Source of the DNA: Oscillospiraceae bacterium
GTDB lineage: Bacteria > Bacillota > Clostridia > Oscillospirales > Oscillospiraceae
Reading direction: 5' to 3'
Assembly: GCA_009787625.1 (NCBI GenBank)
Contig: WQSX01000011.1
Location: 5,842 to 69,841, forward strand
DNA: 64,000 bases
This document shows, piece after piece, positions 43,607-53,058 of the stretch; positions within the stretch are counted from its first letter, which is position 1; each line of letters begins with the position of its first letter. Both the position numbers and the translations under genes were made by a program. The notes below the pieces were generated by a model. That model was given only the letters and a program-made list of their open reading frames with translations, did no database searches and had not been told where the DNA came from.

Positions 43607-44224
43607 CTAAAAATCAATACCCAGAGTGGACATGAGTTTTACCAGTGATGGCATGTCAGGGAGCATTAGGACATTTGCACTTGTTTTTCTTCCCTCAATC
43701 TCCAGTTCGTTTTTCATAACGAGCAGGGAATCGCCGATGTTGGCAAAAAAGATTGACGGTACGCTCATAATTGAGCCAAGCATATCGAGTGTCGCCTCAG
43801 GCGGTGAGATGTCAATGACCATATCTGTCATTTCAGCGACAGCAGTTATAAATGAAGCGGACATTATGTTGGAACATTCGTTGATAACGGAATAACCCAT
43901 CTCATCGATTTCCTCGTGGCTTTTAATCTCTGTGCCCATCAGCATGTTGACCAAATCGCAAACGACATCAATGGGCAGCAAAAACATCATCATGCCTTCT
44001 ATGCTTTCGGTCAAAAACAAAAGTGTGCCGACCATGACAGTTTCAGGACCTCCGAGAAACTCAGTTGCTTCATTAAAACCCATTATGTGAATGTCGGGTA
44101 TTTTAATATCGACAGTCTGACCTATCATACGCGAAAGGGAAGAGGCGGCATTGCCGGAACCGATATTTGCTATTTCCTTTAACACATCTAGGTGTATTTC
44201 ATTCATGTTTTCAAGTGCGCTCAT
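43607..44224 (-). CDS. cheC: CheC-family chemotaxis phosphatase
   Basis: 'LDVLKEIANIGSGNAASSLSRMIG' plus a second internal repeat typical of CheC. Confidence 0.8.
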   Translation of the reverse strand: MSALENMNEIHLDVLKEIANIGSGNAASSLSRMIGQTVDIKIPDIHIMGFNEATEFLGGPETVMVGTLLFLTESIEGMMMFLLPIDVVCDLVNMLMGTEIKSHEEIDEMGYSVINECSNIMSASFITAVAEMTDMVIDISPPEATLDMLGSIMSVPSIFFANIGDSLLVMKNELEIEGRKTSANVLMLPDMPSLVKLMSTLGIDF

Positions 44225-44322
44225 CAGGGTACCTCCGCTATCTTCTGTTTCTTAATGCAGTAGTTTATGCCAGAGTGCCTCTTATTGTAGCACAAGAACC
44301 TGAGACTTTCAAGTAAAAATAT

Positions 44323-45216
44323 ATGTTGGGAATCCATAAAATTATGAACAATCTTAAAATTTTGTTTGGAGCAAATGAGATAAAATACTTGGGGGCGACA
44401 GGTGTTTTTGCATTTACAAGGTCCCGTGGACAAAACTTTTTGATTGATGCTAATATTCCGAGAAAAATTGCTGACCTCTCCGGTATAAATTCATCACATG
44501 TCGTATTTGAGGTTGGGGCAGGTCTGGGGGCGTTGACAGCACAACTCAGCGCAGTGGCGCACCATGTTGTTGCAGTAGAGCTCGACAAGCGGCTTGTGCC
44601 GATTTTGCTTGATGTGTTTAGTGAGTCAACTAATATCAGCGTGATCGAAGGAGACATTTTAAAGATCAATATAAAGCAAACTCTCGAAAATGTATTGCCG
44701 GAAGAAATACACAGCCGAGAAATTCATGTTTGTGCCAATCTGCCATATAATATAACAACACCTGCAATTTCAACACTTATCGAAACAGATATTTTTAGCT
44801 CGCTAACAATCATGGTACAAAAGGAAGTAGCGGAGCGCATTGTTGCTGCACCGGGAACTTCCGATTATGGTGCTTTTTCGATTTTTTCGCAGTATCATTC
44901 AAAGCCTGAGATTTTATTTGACGTTCCGCCTGATTGTTTCTACCCACGCCCCACTGTGACCTCTTCGGTTCTTAAAATGACTATCCACGACAAAAAGCTC
45001 TTATCGGGAGAGGAAGAAAACTTTTTCTTTAAAGTGGTAAAAGCCGGATTTTCTCAGCGTCGCAAGACGTTGGTGAATGCACTGCACTCCACTTTTAGTA
45101 GCACACACAGCAAAGCAGAAATAATGGAAGCTGTTTCTAAGTTGGGTCTGGGTGAAAAAGTCAGAGGGGAAACATTGGGAATTCCGGAGTATGTTTCACT
45201 TTGTAACTATTTGTAA
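44323..45216 (+). CDS. rsmA: 16S rRNA (adenine1518/1519-N6)-dimethyltransferase
   Basis: 'GQNFLID', SAM motif 'VFEVGAGLGALT' and 'NLPYNI'. The start codon is uncertain (no clear SD). Confidence 0.88.
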   Translation: MLGIHKIMNNLKILFGANEIKYLGATGVFAFTRSRGQNFLIDANIPRKIADLSGINSSHVVFEVGAGLGALTAQLSAVAHHVVAVELDKRLVPILLDVFSESTNISVIEGDILKINIKQTLENVLPEEIHSREIHVCANLPYNITTPAISTLIETDIFSSLTIMVQKEVAERIVAAPGTSDYGAFSIFSQYHSKPEILFDVPPDCFYPRPTVTSSVLKMTIHDKKLLSGEEENFFFKVVKAGFSQRRKTLVNALHSTFSSTHSKAEIMEAVSKLGLGEKVRGETLGIPEYVSLCNYL

Positions 45217-45224
45217 ATAAATCA

Positions 45225-45253
45225 TTGACATTTGGCGAAAAATGTAGTAGAAT
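45225..45253 (+). promoter_or_regulatory. promoter upstream of the zinc-ribbon membrane protein gene
   Basis: TTGACA, 17 nt, TAGAAT. Confidence 0.55.
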
Positions 45254-45300
45254 GCAAGCTGAAATAGCTTTAACAGAGCTTAAAGGGGGATGTTTTATTT

Positions 45301-45948
45301 ATGGCTATTATAAATGAAATTAAATGTGCAAGATGCGACCGCAAGTATTCGGGCGTTCGCAGTCGCTGCCCTTATTGTGGTGCTCGCCGTATCGGTCGCG
45401 GCAAGTATTCTGAGAACTCAGACAACGCTAAAGGCAAGATGCTCATCAGTGTCCTTATAATGGCGGCATTTACTGTAGCGGCAGGGGTGCTTTTATTTAC
45501 AACTCCGGTTGATGCTGTGGAGCCTGAAGAGGTTCCCGATGATGACTACTCCACATCAGTTGAAGATGAAATAACTACACTTCCCGGTCTTGCGACACCG
45601 TCACCCATTATAGATGACCCACCTGAGGAAATATATGAGCCTGAGCCTCCTTTAACAGTTACTTCTGTGCAGATACGTTATGGCGATACTCTTGCGGGTG
45701 CTCCGCATAGTCCTCGTGAGATAACAATTAGAGTTGGCTCTCAATATGAGTTTAGAGCAAGAGTTGAGCCACCGGGAATAGACGATATCGATTTTCATTG
45801 GGAGAGCACTAACACAGACGCTTTTGATGCTGTAGCCGTAGATGTTGGAGGCGTTGGTGTAAGGGTTACCGGGCTTGCCAGAGGCAGTGGCTATCTTGTT
45901 CTAACTGTTGGTGAAGCTGAAGATAGATTTCTCATAAGGGTAGCATAA
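45301..45948 (+). CDS. zinc-ribbon / TM / Ig-like-domain membrane protein
   Basis: 'CARCDRKYSGVRSRCPYCG', one TM, an acidic Pro-rich linker and a C-terminal beta-rich Big_2-like domain. Confidence 0.6.
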   Translation: MAIINEIKCARCDRKYSGVRSRCPYCGARRIGRGKYSENSDNAKGKMLISVLIMAAFTVAAGVLLFTTPVDAVEPEEVPDDDYSTSVEDEITTLPGLATPSPIIDDPPEEIYEPEPPLTVTSVQIRYGDTLAGAPHSPREITIRVGSQYEFRARVEPPGIDDIDFHWESTNTDAFDAVAVDVGGVGVRVTGLARGSGYLVLTVGEAEDRFLIRVA

Positions 45949-45968
45949 CTCACCTAATGCCGAAACAT

Positions 45969-46826
45969 TTAACCATATTTCTTTATCATCACCTTATATA
46001 ATTCATTTTTAGAGTAGCCGGTTTCATCGGCTGCTCTTTTTATTGCATCTTTCAGTGTTGCTCCGCTGTTTTTAAATTCGATAGCCATTTTTATTGCATT
46101 TTGCGTAAGCTCTTCATCACATTGTGGGGCATTCGTGTACCCCTCAACGACAAGAACAAATTCACCACGTGGAGTAGTTTGAGCAAAATGCGCTATTGCT
46201 TCAGAGAGTGTAAACCGCAGAGTTTCATCATAAATTTTTGTAAGCTCTCTTGATATCGAAATGCTTCTGTCGCCAAAAGCTTTCAGCATATCGGCAAGTG
46301 TTGCCATGAGCCTGTGTGGGGCTTCATAAAAAACCATTGTACGATTTTCAGATTTGAGTGTGTCAAGCCGGCTAAGCCGTTTCTTTTTTTGAGCCGGCAG
46401 AAAACTTTCAAAAGTAAAACGTGTTGCGCCTAGACCTGATAAAGTCAATGCGGCAACTGCGGCACATGGTCCGGGTATCACCAAGACTTCAATGCTATGC
46501 GCAACGCATAACTTGACCAAGTCCTCACCGGGGTCGCTTATGCCGGGGGTTCCTGCATCAGAAACAAGCGCACAGCTTTCACCGCTGATGATACTTTCGA
46601 TGATTTTACTACCGCTCTCCGTGCGGCTATGTTCATAGTAGCTGACAATTTTTTTCTTTATTTCATAGTGGCTGAGAAGTTTGCGCGTTACTCTGGTGTC
46701 TTCAGCCGCGATAAAGTCAACCCTTGCAAGTGTGTCAAGAGCGCGCTTAGATATGTCGGAAAGGTTTCCTATTGGTGTAGCTACTAAGTATAGCACGCCT
46801 TTTTTAGTTTCCATTATAATGTTCAT
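45969..46826 (-). CDS. rsmI: 16S rRNA (cytidine1402-2'-O)-methyltransferase
   Basis: 'LYLVATPIGNLSDIS.RAL..L..VD.IAAEDTR' is the hallmark RsmI N-terminus. Confidence 0.88.
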   Translation of the reverse strand: MNIIMETKKGVLYLVATPIGNLSDISKRALDTLARVDFIAAEDTRVTRKLLSHYEIKKKIVSYYEHSRTESGSKIIESIISGESCALVSDAGTPGISDPGEDLVKLCVAHSIEVLVIPGPCAAVAALTLSGLGATRFTFESFLPAQKKKRLSRLDTLKSENRTMVFYEAPHRLMATLADMLKAFGDRSISISRELTKIYDETLRFTLSEAIAHFAQTTPRGEFVLVVEGYTNAPQCDEELTQNAIKMAIEFKNSGATLKDAIKRAADETGYSKNELYKVMIKKYG

Positions 46827-46859
46827 GCCTTTCTCTTGAGGTACAAAGGCCGTAAATAA

Positions 46860-47597
46860 TCATATGTCTCGACGGTACATTTTTATTACCTCGTCGCTGT
46901 CGGTATCATCATCATTTCGCAATATGAGCGGAGCCTCAAATTTCAGTGAGGGCTTGCCGCCACGACGGCCTTCGACCAATATTAGATTGGGCTCAGAATT
47001 TGCCTTATTTTGCACGGCTCTCATTCGTTTAGGCTCAAAGCCGTATTTGTCCATGGTGCGGAATGTATCACTGAGCCTTTCAGGCTTGTGTACAAGCGAA
47101 AAAGAACCACCCCAACGGGTCAGATAGCTTGCCGCTTTAACAACATCGTCCAATGAGCAAGTTATTTCACTACGAGATGTGGCACGGCTTATATTATCAG
47201 ATAACGCACCTGCTGAGACTGCGTAGTAGGGTGGGTTTGCGACAACCAAATCATATATTCCTGATTTAAGAAATTCACGGTGATTGCGTATATCGGACTC
47301 GATTACATTAACTCTGTCACTTACTCCCGATAGCCTTGCATTTTCCCCGGAGTTTATAACCGCCTCCGGTTGCAGTTCAATTGCGTCTATTGTAAGTGAA
47401 GGGTTTAATGTTGCCAGCAGGATAGATAAAATTCCTGACCCTGAGCCGAGGTCAGCGGCAAGTATTTCTTTGTTTGCACAGGAGCTGTAGGCAAAGTATG
47501 CGAGTAAGACCGAATCTGTTCCAATGCGGTATACTCCCTCAGATTCAACAAATCGGGGTCCTCCGAGCCATAATTCATCTATCATCAGTAAATTCAA
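46860..47597 (-). CDS. SAM-dependent N6-adenine methyltransferase (TrmN6/YfiC-like)
   Basis: 'DLGSGSGILSILLA' and 'VVANPPYY' motifs. Confidence 0.75.
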   Translation of the reverse strand: MNLLMIDELWLGGPRFVESEGVYRIGTDSVLLAYFAYSSCANKEILAADLGSGSGILSILLATLNPSLTIDAIELQPEAVINSGENARLSGVSDRVNVIESDIRNHREFLKSGIYDLVVANPPYYAVSAGALSDNISRATSRSEITCSLDDVVKAASYLTRWGGSFSLVHKPERLSDTFRTMDKYGFEPKRMRAVQNKANSEPNLILVEGRRGGKPSLKFEAPLILRNDDDTDSDEVIKMYRRDI

Positions 47598-47610
47598 CTC
47601 CTAAAAACAC

Positions 47611-47706
47611 CCTCACGTCATTGCGGCCTCCGAGCCGCAATCCCATGAATAATGAGCATATCTGCGAGGGGATTGCGGGTCGGGCCCGCAATGACGAGCT
47701 CTTGAG
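47611..47706 (+). repeat. ~95-nt double-hairpin intergenic repeat, copy 1
   Basis: Contains hairpins attgcggc-ctccga-gccgcaat and attgcggg-tcgg-cccgcaat inside the outer pairing cgtcattgcg/cgcaatgacg. A homologous copy lies at 60791-60882. Confidence 0.8.
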
Positions 47707-47756
47707 TGCTGTTTTCGGGTGGGTCTGAACAGCAACGTTTTATCAGCGTTTACTTA

Positions 47757-47796
47757 GAAAAAAACTGCCACGACTTTAAAAAGCAGGCAGTTTTTT
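47757..47796. terminator. bidirectional terminator downstream of the ferredoxin gene
   Basis: aaaaactgcc...ggcagtttttt with flanking A and T tracts. Confidence 0.5.
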
Positions 47797-47815
47797 ATAT
47801 TTGCTGCGGTTTAGG

Positions 47816-47987
47816 TTTAGCCTTCGATTATCGCATCTACAGGGCATGATGGAACACATACACCACAATCAATGCATGAGTCTTCATTGATTACATAGTG
47901 GGCATCTCCCGGAGCGATGGCATCGACAGGGCAGTCGCTAACACACGCACCACAGGATACACAATCGCTGTTTATTGAATAAGCCAT
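47816..47987 (-). pseudogene. 2x[4Fe-4S] clostridial-type ferredoxin interrupted by an apparent 1-nt insertion
   Basis: Minus strand: GGAGG RBS, then ATG..MAYSINSDCVSCGACV followed by TAG. Removing one T from the TTT run (47939-47941) restores ..SDCPVDAIAPGDAHYVINEDSCIDCGVCVPSCPVDAIIEG with both CxxCxxCxxxCP motifs. Confidence 0.55.
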
Positions 47988-48068
47988 AGTTTTACCTCCA
48001 TATTCATTGTATAAATAATTTTACCATGTTTTTCTCAAAATGCAATAGAAAATTAGAAAAAAGGTAAT

Positions 48069-48608
48069 TTACTTAACAAGTGCGGATATTTCTTTGCGAT
48101 TTGGGTGTTCGGCGGTTAGCATAATTTCAAACAGAGCTGATTCTAAAGTTGTGATAATAGCTCCCGCTTGTGTCATACGCCTGCGTGCGTAGTCAAAGTC
48201 GGTTTTTTTCCGTGAACCAACGCAGTCGGCGATAAGATATACATTATAGCCGTCATCAAGCAGGTGCAATACTGTTTGCTGTATGCAGATATGCGCTTCA
48301 ACTCCGGTTACCATGATATTTTTCTTGCCGGATGCTTTGAGCTTTTCTTTGATTCCGTCGTCCATGTAACAGCTAAAAGCTACTTTTTCACAGGGACCAA
48401 AATCACCAAGTGCCTCAGCTATTTGCGGCACGGTTGCTCCGAGCCCTTTTGTGTATTGCTGTGAGACAAGCGTTTGCACTCCAAGAATTTTGCAGCCTTT
48501 GACAAAGTTTGCGGAGTTTAAAAGCAGTTTTTCATTTTTACGGATAGCGGGCATCATGCGCTCTTGAAAGTCAATGACTAAAAGCAGGGTGTTTTCTGTA
48601 GTAAGCAT
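48069..48608 (-). CDS. isochorismatase-family cysteine hydrolase
   Basis: 'LLLVIDFQ' and 'VTGVEAHICIQQT' (catalytic Cys). Confidence 0.8.
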   Translation of the reverse strand: MLTTENTLLLVIDFQERMMPAIRKNEKLLLNSANFVKGCKILGVQTLVSQQYTKGLGATVPQIAEALGDFGPCEKVAFSCYMDDGIKEKLKASGKKNIMVTGVEAHICIQQTVLHLLDDGYNVYLIADCVGSRKKTDFDYARRRMTQAGAIITTLESALFEIMLTAEHPNRKEISALVK

Positions 48609-48646
48609 TTGTTTTCCTCCACGGTGTAGTAAAAAATTAAGATGAA

Positions 48647-48686
48647 TGTGAGCCGGGGGAGTTTTCCCACCGGCTCACACATTTTT
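48647..48686. terminator. terminator after the alcohol dehydrogenase gene
   Basis: tgtgagccgg...ccggctcaca, a 10-bp stem with a T-run. Confidence 0.5.
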
Positions 48687-48695
48687 GAAATGAGT

Positions 48696-49898
48696 TTAGA
48701 AAGACTCTGTGTAGATTTTTTCTACAACTTCTTCACTGTGCCCAATTGGTGAGCAACCTAGAAGTGCGCCCAGGGTTGGGGTCTCATATGTAAGCTTTAC
48801 AAGTTTTGGAATGTCTGCTTTTGTAAAACCTAAGTCGCCGAGCTTTTCGGGAACGCCAACCGATGCGAGCCACTTGCGGATACCGTCTGCGGCTTTATCA
48901 GCTTCGCTTGCATCGCCTGTGAGTCCGGGTACCATGTCAGCGAGAACATCAGCTAAAATCGGACCGACTTTAGGATATATATTCTTAACAACGGCGGGGA
49001 GGAGAATTGCAAGTCCAAGACCATGTGTTACTTCGGGCTTAATTCCACTGAGAGGATGCTCTAGGGCGTGTGTAAAGTGGAGCATACCGTTGTCAAACGC
49101 ACTGCCTGCTATCATTGCCGCATATGTGAGGAAGTAACGAGCTTCCAAGTCAGCAGGTTTGTCGATAGCAACAGGCAGATATTTTACTACAAGCCTGATA
49201 ACTTCTTTACCCAATGTGCAAGATAAAGGGTTATTGAGAACTGTGGTTGCGGCCTCAACTACGTGGTTGACTGCGTCAATGCTCACATATCTTGTCTGGT
49301 CTGCGGGTAGCCCTGTCATAAGTGCAGGGTCATTTATTGAGTATAGAGGGTAGATGCAATCATAGGCGATTGGTGGTTTGTATTCCATTTCCGGAATCGT
49401 TACGACAGCAAAGCGGTTTGCTTCTGTGCCTGTGCCGTGGGTGAGGTTGATGGCAACAACGGGAACTGCTTTTTCCGCCACAAATGCGCCTTCGTATAGC
49501 TCGCGGCATGTTTTGCCGGGGTATTCGAGCAGGATAGCCACACTTTTTCCTGCGTCAATTGGGCTACCGCCGCCTATTGCAATAACAGCTTTTGCACCGG
49601 CATCTCTGGCGACTTGTACTGCCTCATCTACTTGCTGGGTTTCAGGGTTGGGTTGAACTTTGTTGTATAGTGTGTGCTTGATGCTGTGCTTGTCCAGTGC
49701 TTTTGTAACTACATCCCAAGCGCCGGTTTTTGCATACGCGCCTTTGCCTGTTACTGCAATAACGCTGTCTATGCCCTTTGATTTGAGCTGCTCCGCGATG
49801 AAGTCCATTTTCTCAATAGCTCCGACGCCGAGAAACACATTGCTTTTGCACAAAATTGTGCTGATGTTTTTAACATCGATTCCTTTTTCCCAAGCCAT
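48696..49898 (-). CDS. iron-containing alcohol dehydrogenase
   Basis: 400 aa. 'AIGGGSPIDAGK' and His-rich metal motifs 'HALEHPLS'. Confidence 0.88.
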   Translation of the reverse strand: MAWEKGIDVKNISTILCKSNVFLGVGAIEKMDFIAEQLKSKGIDSVIAVTGKGAYAKTGAWDVVTKALDKHSIKHTLYNKVQPNPETQQVDEAVQVARDAGAKAVIAIGGGSPIDAGKSVAILLEYPGKTCRELYEGAFVAEKAVPVVAINLTHGTGTEANRFAVVTIPEMEYKPPIAYDCIYPLYSINDPALMTGLPADQTRYVSIDAVNHVVEAATTVLNNPLSCTLGKEVIRLVVKYLPVAIDKPADLEARYFLTYAAMIAGSAFDNGMLHFTHALEHPLSGIKPEVTHGLGLAILLPAVVKNIYPKVGPILADVLADMVPGLTGDASEADKAADGIRKWLASVGVPEKLGDLGFTKADIPKLVKLTYETPTLGALLGCSPIGHSEEVVEKIYTESF

Positions 49899-49926
49899 AG
49901 TAACCTCCCAAAAATATTAATTATTG

Positions 49927-49985
49927 ATAAATGTGCGTTAATACAAACGCACATTTATTGTATATATTTTTGTCCGATTTGTCAA
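49927..49985 (-). promoter_or_regulatory. ADH promoter with a 13-bp-arm perfect palindrome at the transcription start
   Basis: Minus strand reads TTGACA (49980-49985), 17 nt, TACAAT (49957-49962). The palindrome ataaatgtgcgtt-aataca-aacgcacatttat spans 49927-49958. Confidence 0.55.
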
Positions 49986-50008
49986 CACTTTTAGGGTTCG
50001 TTTTAAGG

Positions 50009-50827
50009 CTAGTTTTCTGTTCCGACCGGGATAAACAGAGATGTGCCAAACTCTTCTAATCCATAGTTCTCGATGATTTCTTGAGCAGAATCACCTACGA
50101 CCCAATTTACAAAGGAGTTGGCTCCATCAAACATATCGGATGCAGAGACTGCAATGGCAGAAAACTGATTCATAAGCCTAAAATCATTATCGGTAATTAC
50201 GACAAGAGCATCCTGCTCAGGGAAAGCAAGCCATGAGGCTGTGTCAGTGATTGTGTATGAGTGGAAACTTACGGCTAGGCCAATAGTAGCATTCATACCT
50301 GCCAGTGATTCAAAGTAAAAGGGATTGTTCCATTGGTTTAAGTAGAAACCACTCCACAGTAGCAATTCCATCAAGTGAGTAGTGGAGCCATCTCCGCGAG
50401 ATAAAAATGGCAAATTAGAAGAAAGCACTTGGTACATGGTGTCTAAAATATCGTTATTGGGGAAGATATTACCGTCATGCGGACCGATAAGAATAAAATC
50501 GTTACGCATAACAGGGCTTGAGTTTTCGGCGAAACCACTCTGTACAAATTGATCTTCAAGTAGTTGGGAGTTGGTGAACAAAAGGTCTACTTCCTCATTT
50601 CTTGCAAGTTCAAAAGCAAGTACATTAGATGTAAAAATAACATCTACCTCAAAGCCTGTCTCTTCTGTGAAAGCTGAAAGCAGGGCATCAAGAAGCTCAG
50701 CATCGTCAAGTGTGGTAGCCATAACAATATGACCGGAACCACTTGGCGAGTCGTCTGAACACCCGGCAAGTAAAAATGTTAAGGCAAAAAGCCCAAACAG
50801 CAAAATCAATGCAATTGATTTTCTCAT
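50009..50827 (-). CDS. TupA-like (tungstate/oxyanion) substrate-binding lipoprotein, orphan
   Basis: Lipobox 'LLAGCS'. 'SRGDGSTTH' resembles the TupA anion-binding motif. No permease or ATPase gene is adjacent. Confidence 0.55.
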   Translation of the reverse strand: MRKSIALILLFGLFALTFLLAGCSDDSPSGSGHIVMATTLDDAELLDALLSAFTEETGFEVDVIFTSNVLAFELARNEEVDLLFTNSQLLEDQFVQSGFAENSSPVMRNDFILIGPHDGNIFPNNDILDTMYQVLSSNLPFLSRGDGSTTHLMELLLWSGFYLNQWNNPFYFESLAGMNATIGLAVSFHSYTITDTASWLAFPEQDALVVITDNDFRLMNQFSAIAVSASDMFDGANSFVNWVVGDSAQEIIENYGLEEFGTSLFIPVGTEN

Positions 50828-50849
50828 TTATAAATCCTCCAAATATGTC

Positions 50850-51704
50850 TCAATCGAGATGCGCGGGCGGAGTCCACATGGGATTTTCTCTGGCAAGAGA
50901 AATCATAACCTCAACACGCCGATTTAGTTGCCTGCCTTCGGGGGTGTAGTTATCTGCAATGGGGCGTTCTTCACCTGCGCCTATAGCCCGAAAGCGAGAT
51001 GCTTCTAAGCCGCTTTCGCTGATAAGAACTTCAAGGAAATTGACGGCTCTATCTACACTGAGGTGCCAGTTAGACGGGAAACGTGCCGTGGCTATAGGTA
51101 CGTTATCGGTATGCCCTGCAACAGTGACCTCGAAGGGATCGGCAGTGAGATACGTTGTGGCGAGAAGTTCACCCAACGTGCTCGCAATCTCCTGCATAGG
51201 TGCAGTAACGTAACTCTGCGCCGTTGCAAAAAGTATGTCGCTTCGGAGAGTCAGCATAATAAATTCACCGTTAAAAACTAAGTCAATAGAATCTCCAAGC
51301 CCCATTAGATCTATGTAGCCCTCGATTGCATCGTGCAAATCAAGCAGTGCTTGGTCACCGCCAAAGTCAGCATCATCATCGCCCTCATCAGGGGCGTGAC
51401 CCTCAAAGGGTGGATCGAAATACTCATCATCCCAGTCAGAGAAGGGGTCCGGTTCAAATCTGTCTCTAATCTCTTCGAATTGCTCGAAAGTTAAACCATC
51501 TCTCGACATTGCCGCAACAAATAAAGTAGCCCTCTCGTTATCGACATTCGAAAGTGCGAACATCAAAACGAAAAAGGTCATAAGGAGAGTAACCATGTCA
51601 GCATAAGATGTCATCCATCCGTCTGTCCGTTCTTCCTGTTCACCGTCACCGCCACCGCCGGATCTTTCGTTACCGCGATCATCACTACTGGCTGCCATCG
51701 ACAC
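50850..51704 (-). CDS. motB: flagellar stator protein MotB (OmpA-like C-domain)
   Basis: 'WMTSYADMVTLLMTFFVLMFALS' contains the conserved Asp. The C-terminus 'GHTDNVPI...NRRVEVMI' is OmpA-like. Confidence 0.85.
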   Translation of the reverse strand: MSMAASSDDRGNERSGGGGDGEQEERTDGWMTSYADMVTLLMTFFVLMFALSNVDNERATLFVAAMSRDGLTFEQFEEIRDRFEPDPFSDWDDEYFDPPFEGHAPDEGDDDADFGGDQALLDLHDAIEGYIDLMGLGDSIDLVFNGEFIMLTLRSDILFATAQSYVTAPMQEIASTLGELLATTYLTADPFEVTVAGHTDNVPIATARFPSNWHLSVDRAVNFLEVLISESGLEASRFRAIGAGEERPIADNYTPEGRQLNRRVEVMISLARENPMWTPPAHLD

Positions 51705-51754
51705 TCACCTCCATTCGCCCGTGCACCCACTATACTAACCATCAACTGCGGAGG

Positions 51755-52564
51755 CTACTCGCCTCCGCCGCCACCTCCGCCGGATTTTTCATCTTGGAAT
51801 GCAGCGGCATCGCTTGAACTAAGTTGCTCAACTAAGAAATCTTTTATAACGCGTGGATTGTCACCGTTAAGTATTGCGAGCAGTCCATTACAGACCATGG
51901 TTTTACAGAAAATTTCTTTTTTATGCAGAAGTTGTAAGCGTGCGGCTATTGGCAGGAAGATACCGTTTGCAAATGCCGAGCCGTAAAGTGTTGTGATAAG
52001 GGCTGTCGCCATGTTAGCTCCTAGGGCGTTGATGGCGTTAGGATCTTCAAAGTCGAGACCCATGAGCATGTTAACCAGCGAAATAACCGTTGCACACATG
52101 CCGAATGCAGGAGCATATGAAGCAGCCTTTGTATAGATTGAGATAGCTTCAACATGGCGCTCTTTGATACCATTTATACAGTCCTCAAGCGCAAATTTGA
52201 CGGTGAATTTATCAAGCCCGTCAACCATCATTCGTAAAGCATATGCCATGAGAGCATCGTCAACCTGCTCTTTTTCAAATGCAAGAAGTCCCTCTTTTCT
52301 TGCTTTTTCAGCGAGAGAGACAATTTTATCTATGTATTCACTAGGGCTGGACTCCTGACCCAGCAGGGCTTTAAAGTGCCCCGGAATTTTTCCGAGAACA
52401 GACATGGGGAATGACGCTAAAACAGCGGCAAGTGTAGGCACCAAAACCAACATAACACTGGGCAAGTCAAGGAAGTCCATTACTTCGCCGCCCAAAATTA
52501 TGATACCAGCGAAAAGGCAGACAAAAACGATTACCATGCCGATAATGGTCGTTATACCCTTCAT
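51755..52564 (-). CDS. motA: flagellar stator protein MotA
   Basis: 269 aa with four TM helices and a MotA/ExbB-type C-terminal channel region. Lies upstream of motB. Confidence 0.85.
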   Translation of the reverse strand: MKGITTIIGMVIVFVCLFAGIIILGGEVMDFLDLPSVMLVLVPTLAAVLASFPMSVLGKIPGHFKALLGQESSPSEYIDKIVSLAEKARKEGLLAFEKEQVDDALMAYALRMMVDGLDKFTVKFALEDCINGIKERHVEAISIYTKAASYAPAFGMCATVISLVNMLMGLDFEDPNAINALGANMATALITTLYGSAFANGIFLPIAARLQLLHKKEIFCKTMVCNGLLAILNGDNPRVIKDFLVEQLSSSDAAAFQDEKSGGGGGGGE

Positions 52565-52611
52565 GTTATGCCTATTCCTTTCCGTTAGTTTTCAACTCGC
52601 AGATACTCAAA

Positions 52612-53058
52612 TTACTTTTCATTATCATCATCGCGATTCGTTCCGCTGATAAGCGGGAATGAACTGACTTCGATCTGTACCAAAGTGCGGCGCATGAGAA
52701 CTTGGTCTCTGGCGAGGTTTAAGTCGTCCATGCTCTCTTGGGCACGTCTGTCAAGTCGTTCACGTTCTGCTTCAACAAAGGCTATGTCAATATCTTCCGG
52801 CCACTGAGCATCGTTTACGAGTAGTGTAACCTTATTATCGCCAATTTGGGCGATACCGCCGAAAACAGCCAAACGACGCTCAACATTACCATTTATGATG
52901 CGAAGCACACCATAATCAAGTATTGCTGAGGTTGGCTCATGATTGGCCAAAACGCCCATATCGCCGGAAATACAGCGCATTATGACCATTTCAGCCTCTT
53001 CATCATATTTAACTGTATCCGGCGTAGATATACGCAGGTGTAGTTTTTCGGCAGGCAT
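52612..53058 (-). CDS. atpC: F1 ATP synthase epsilon subunit
   Basis: 'LHLRISTPD..V.....E.VI.....G.MGVLANH.P' is a typical epsilon subunit. Start taken at MPAEKL. Confidence 0.88.
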   Translation of the reverse strand: MPAEKLHLRISTPDTVKYDEEAEMVIMRCISGDMGVLANHEPTSAILDYGVLRIINGNVERRLAVFGGIAQIGDNKVTLLVNDAQWPEDIDIAFVEAERERLDRRAQESMDDLNLARDQVLMRRTLVQIEVSSFPLISGTNRDDDNEK

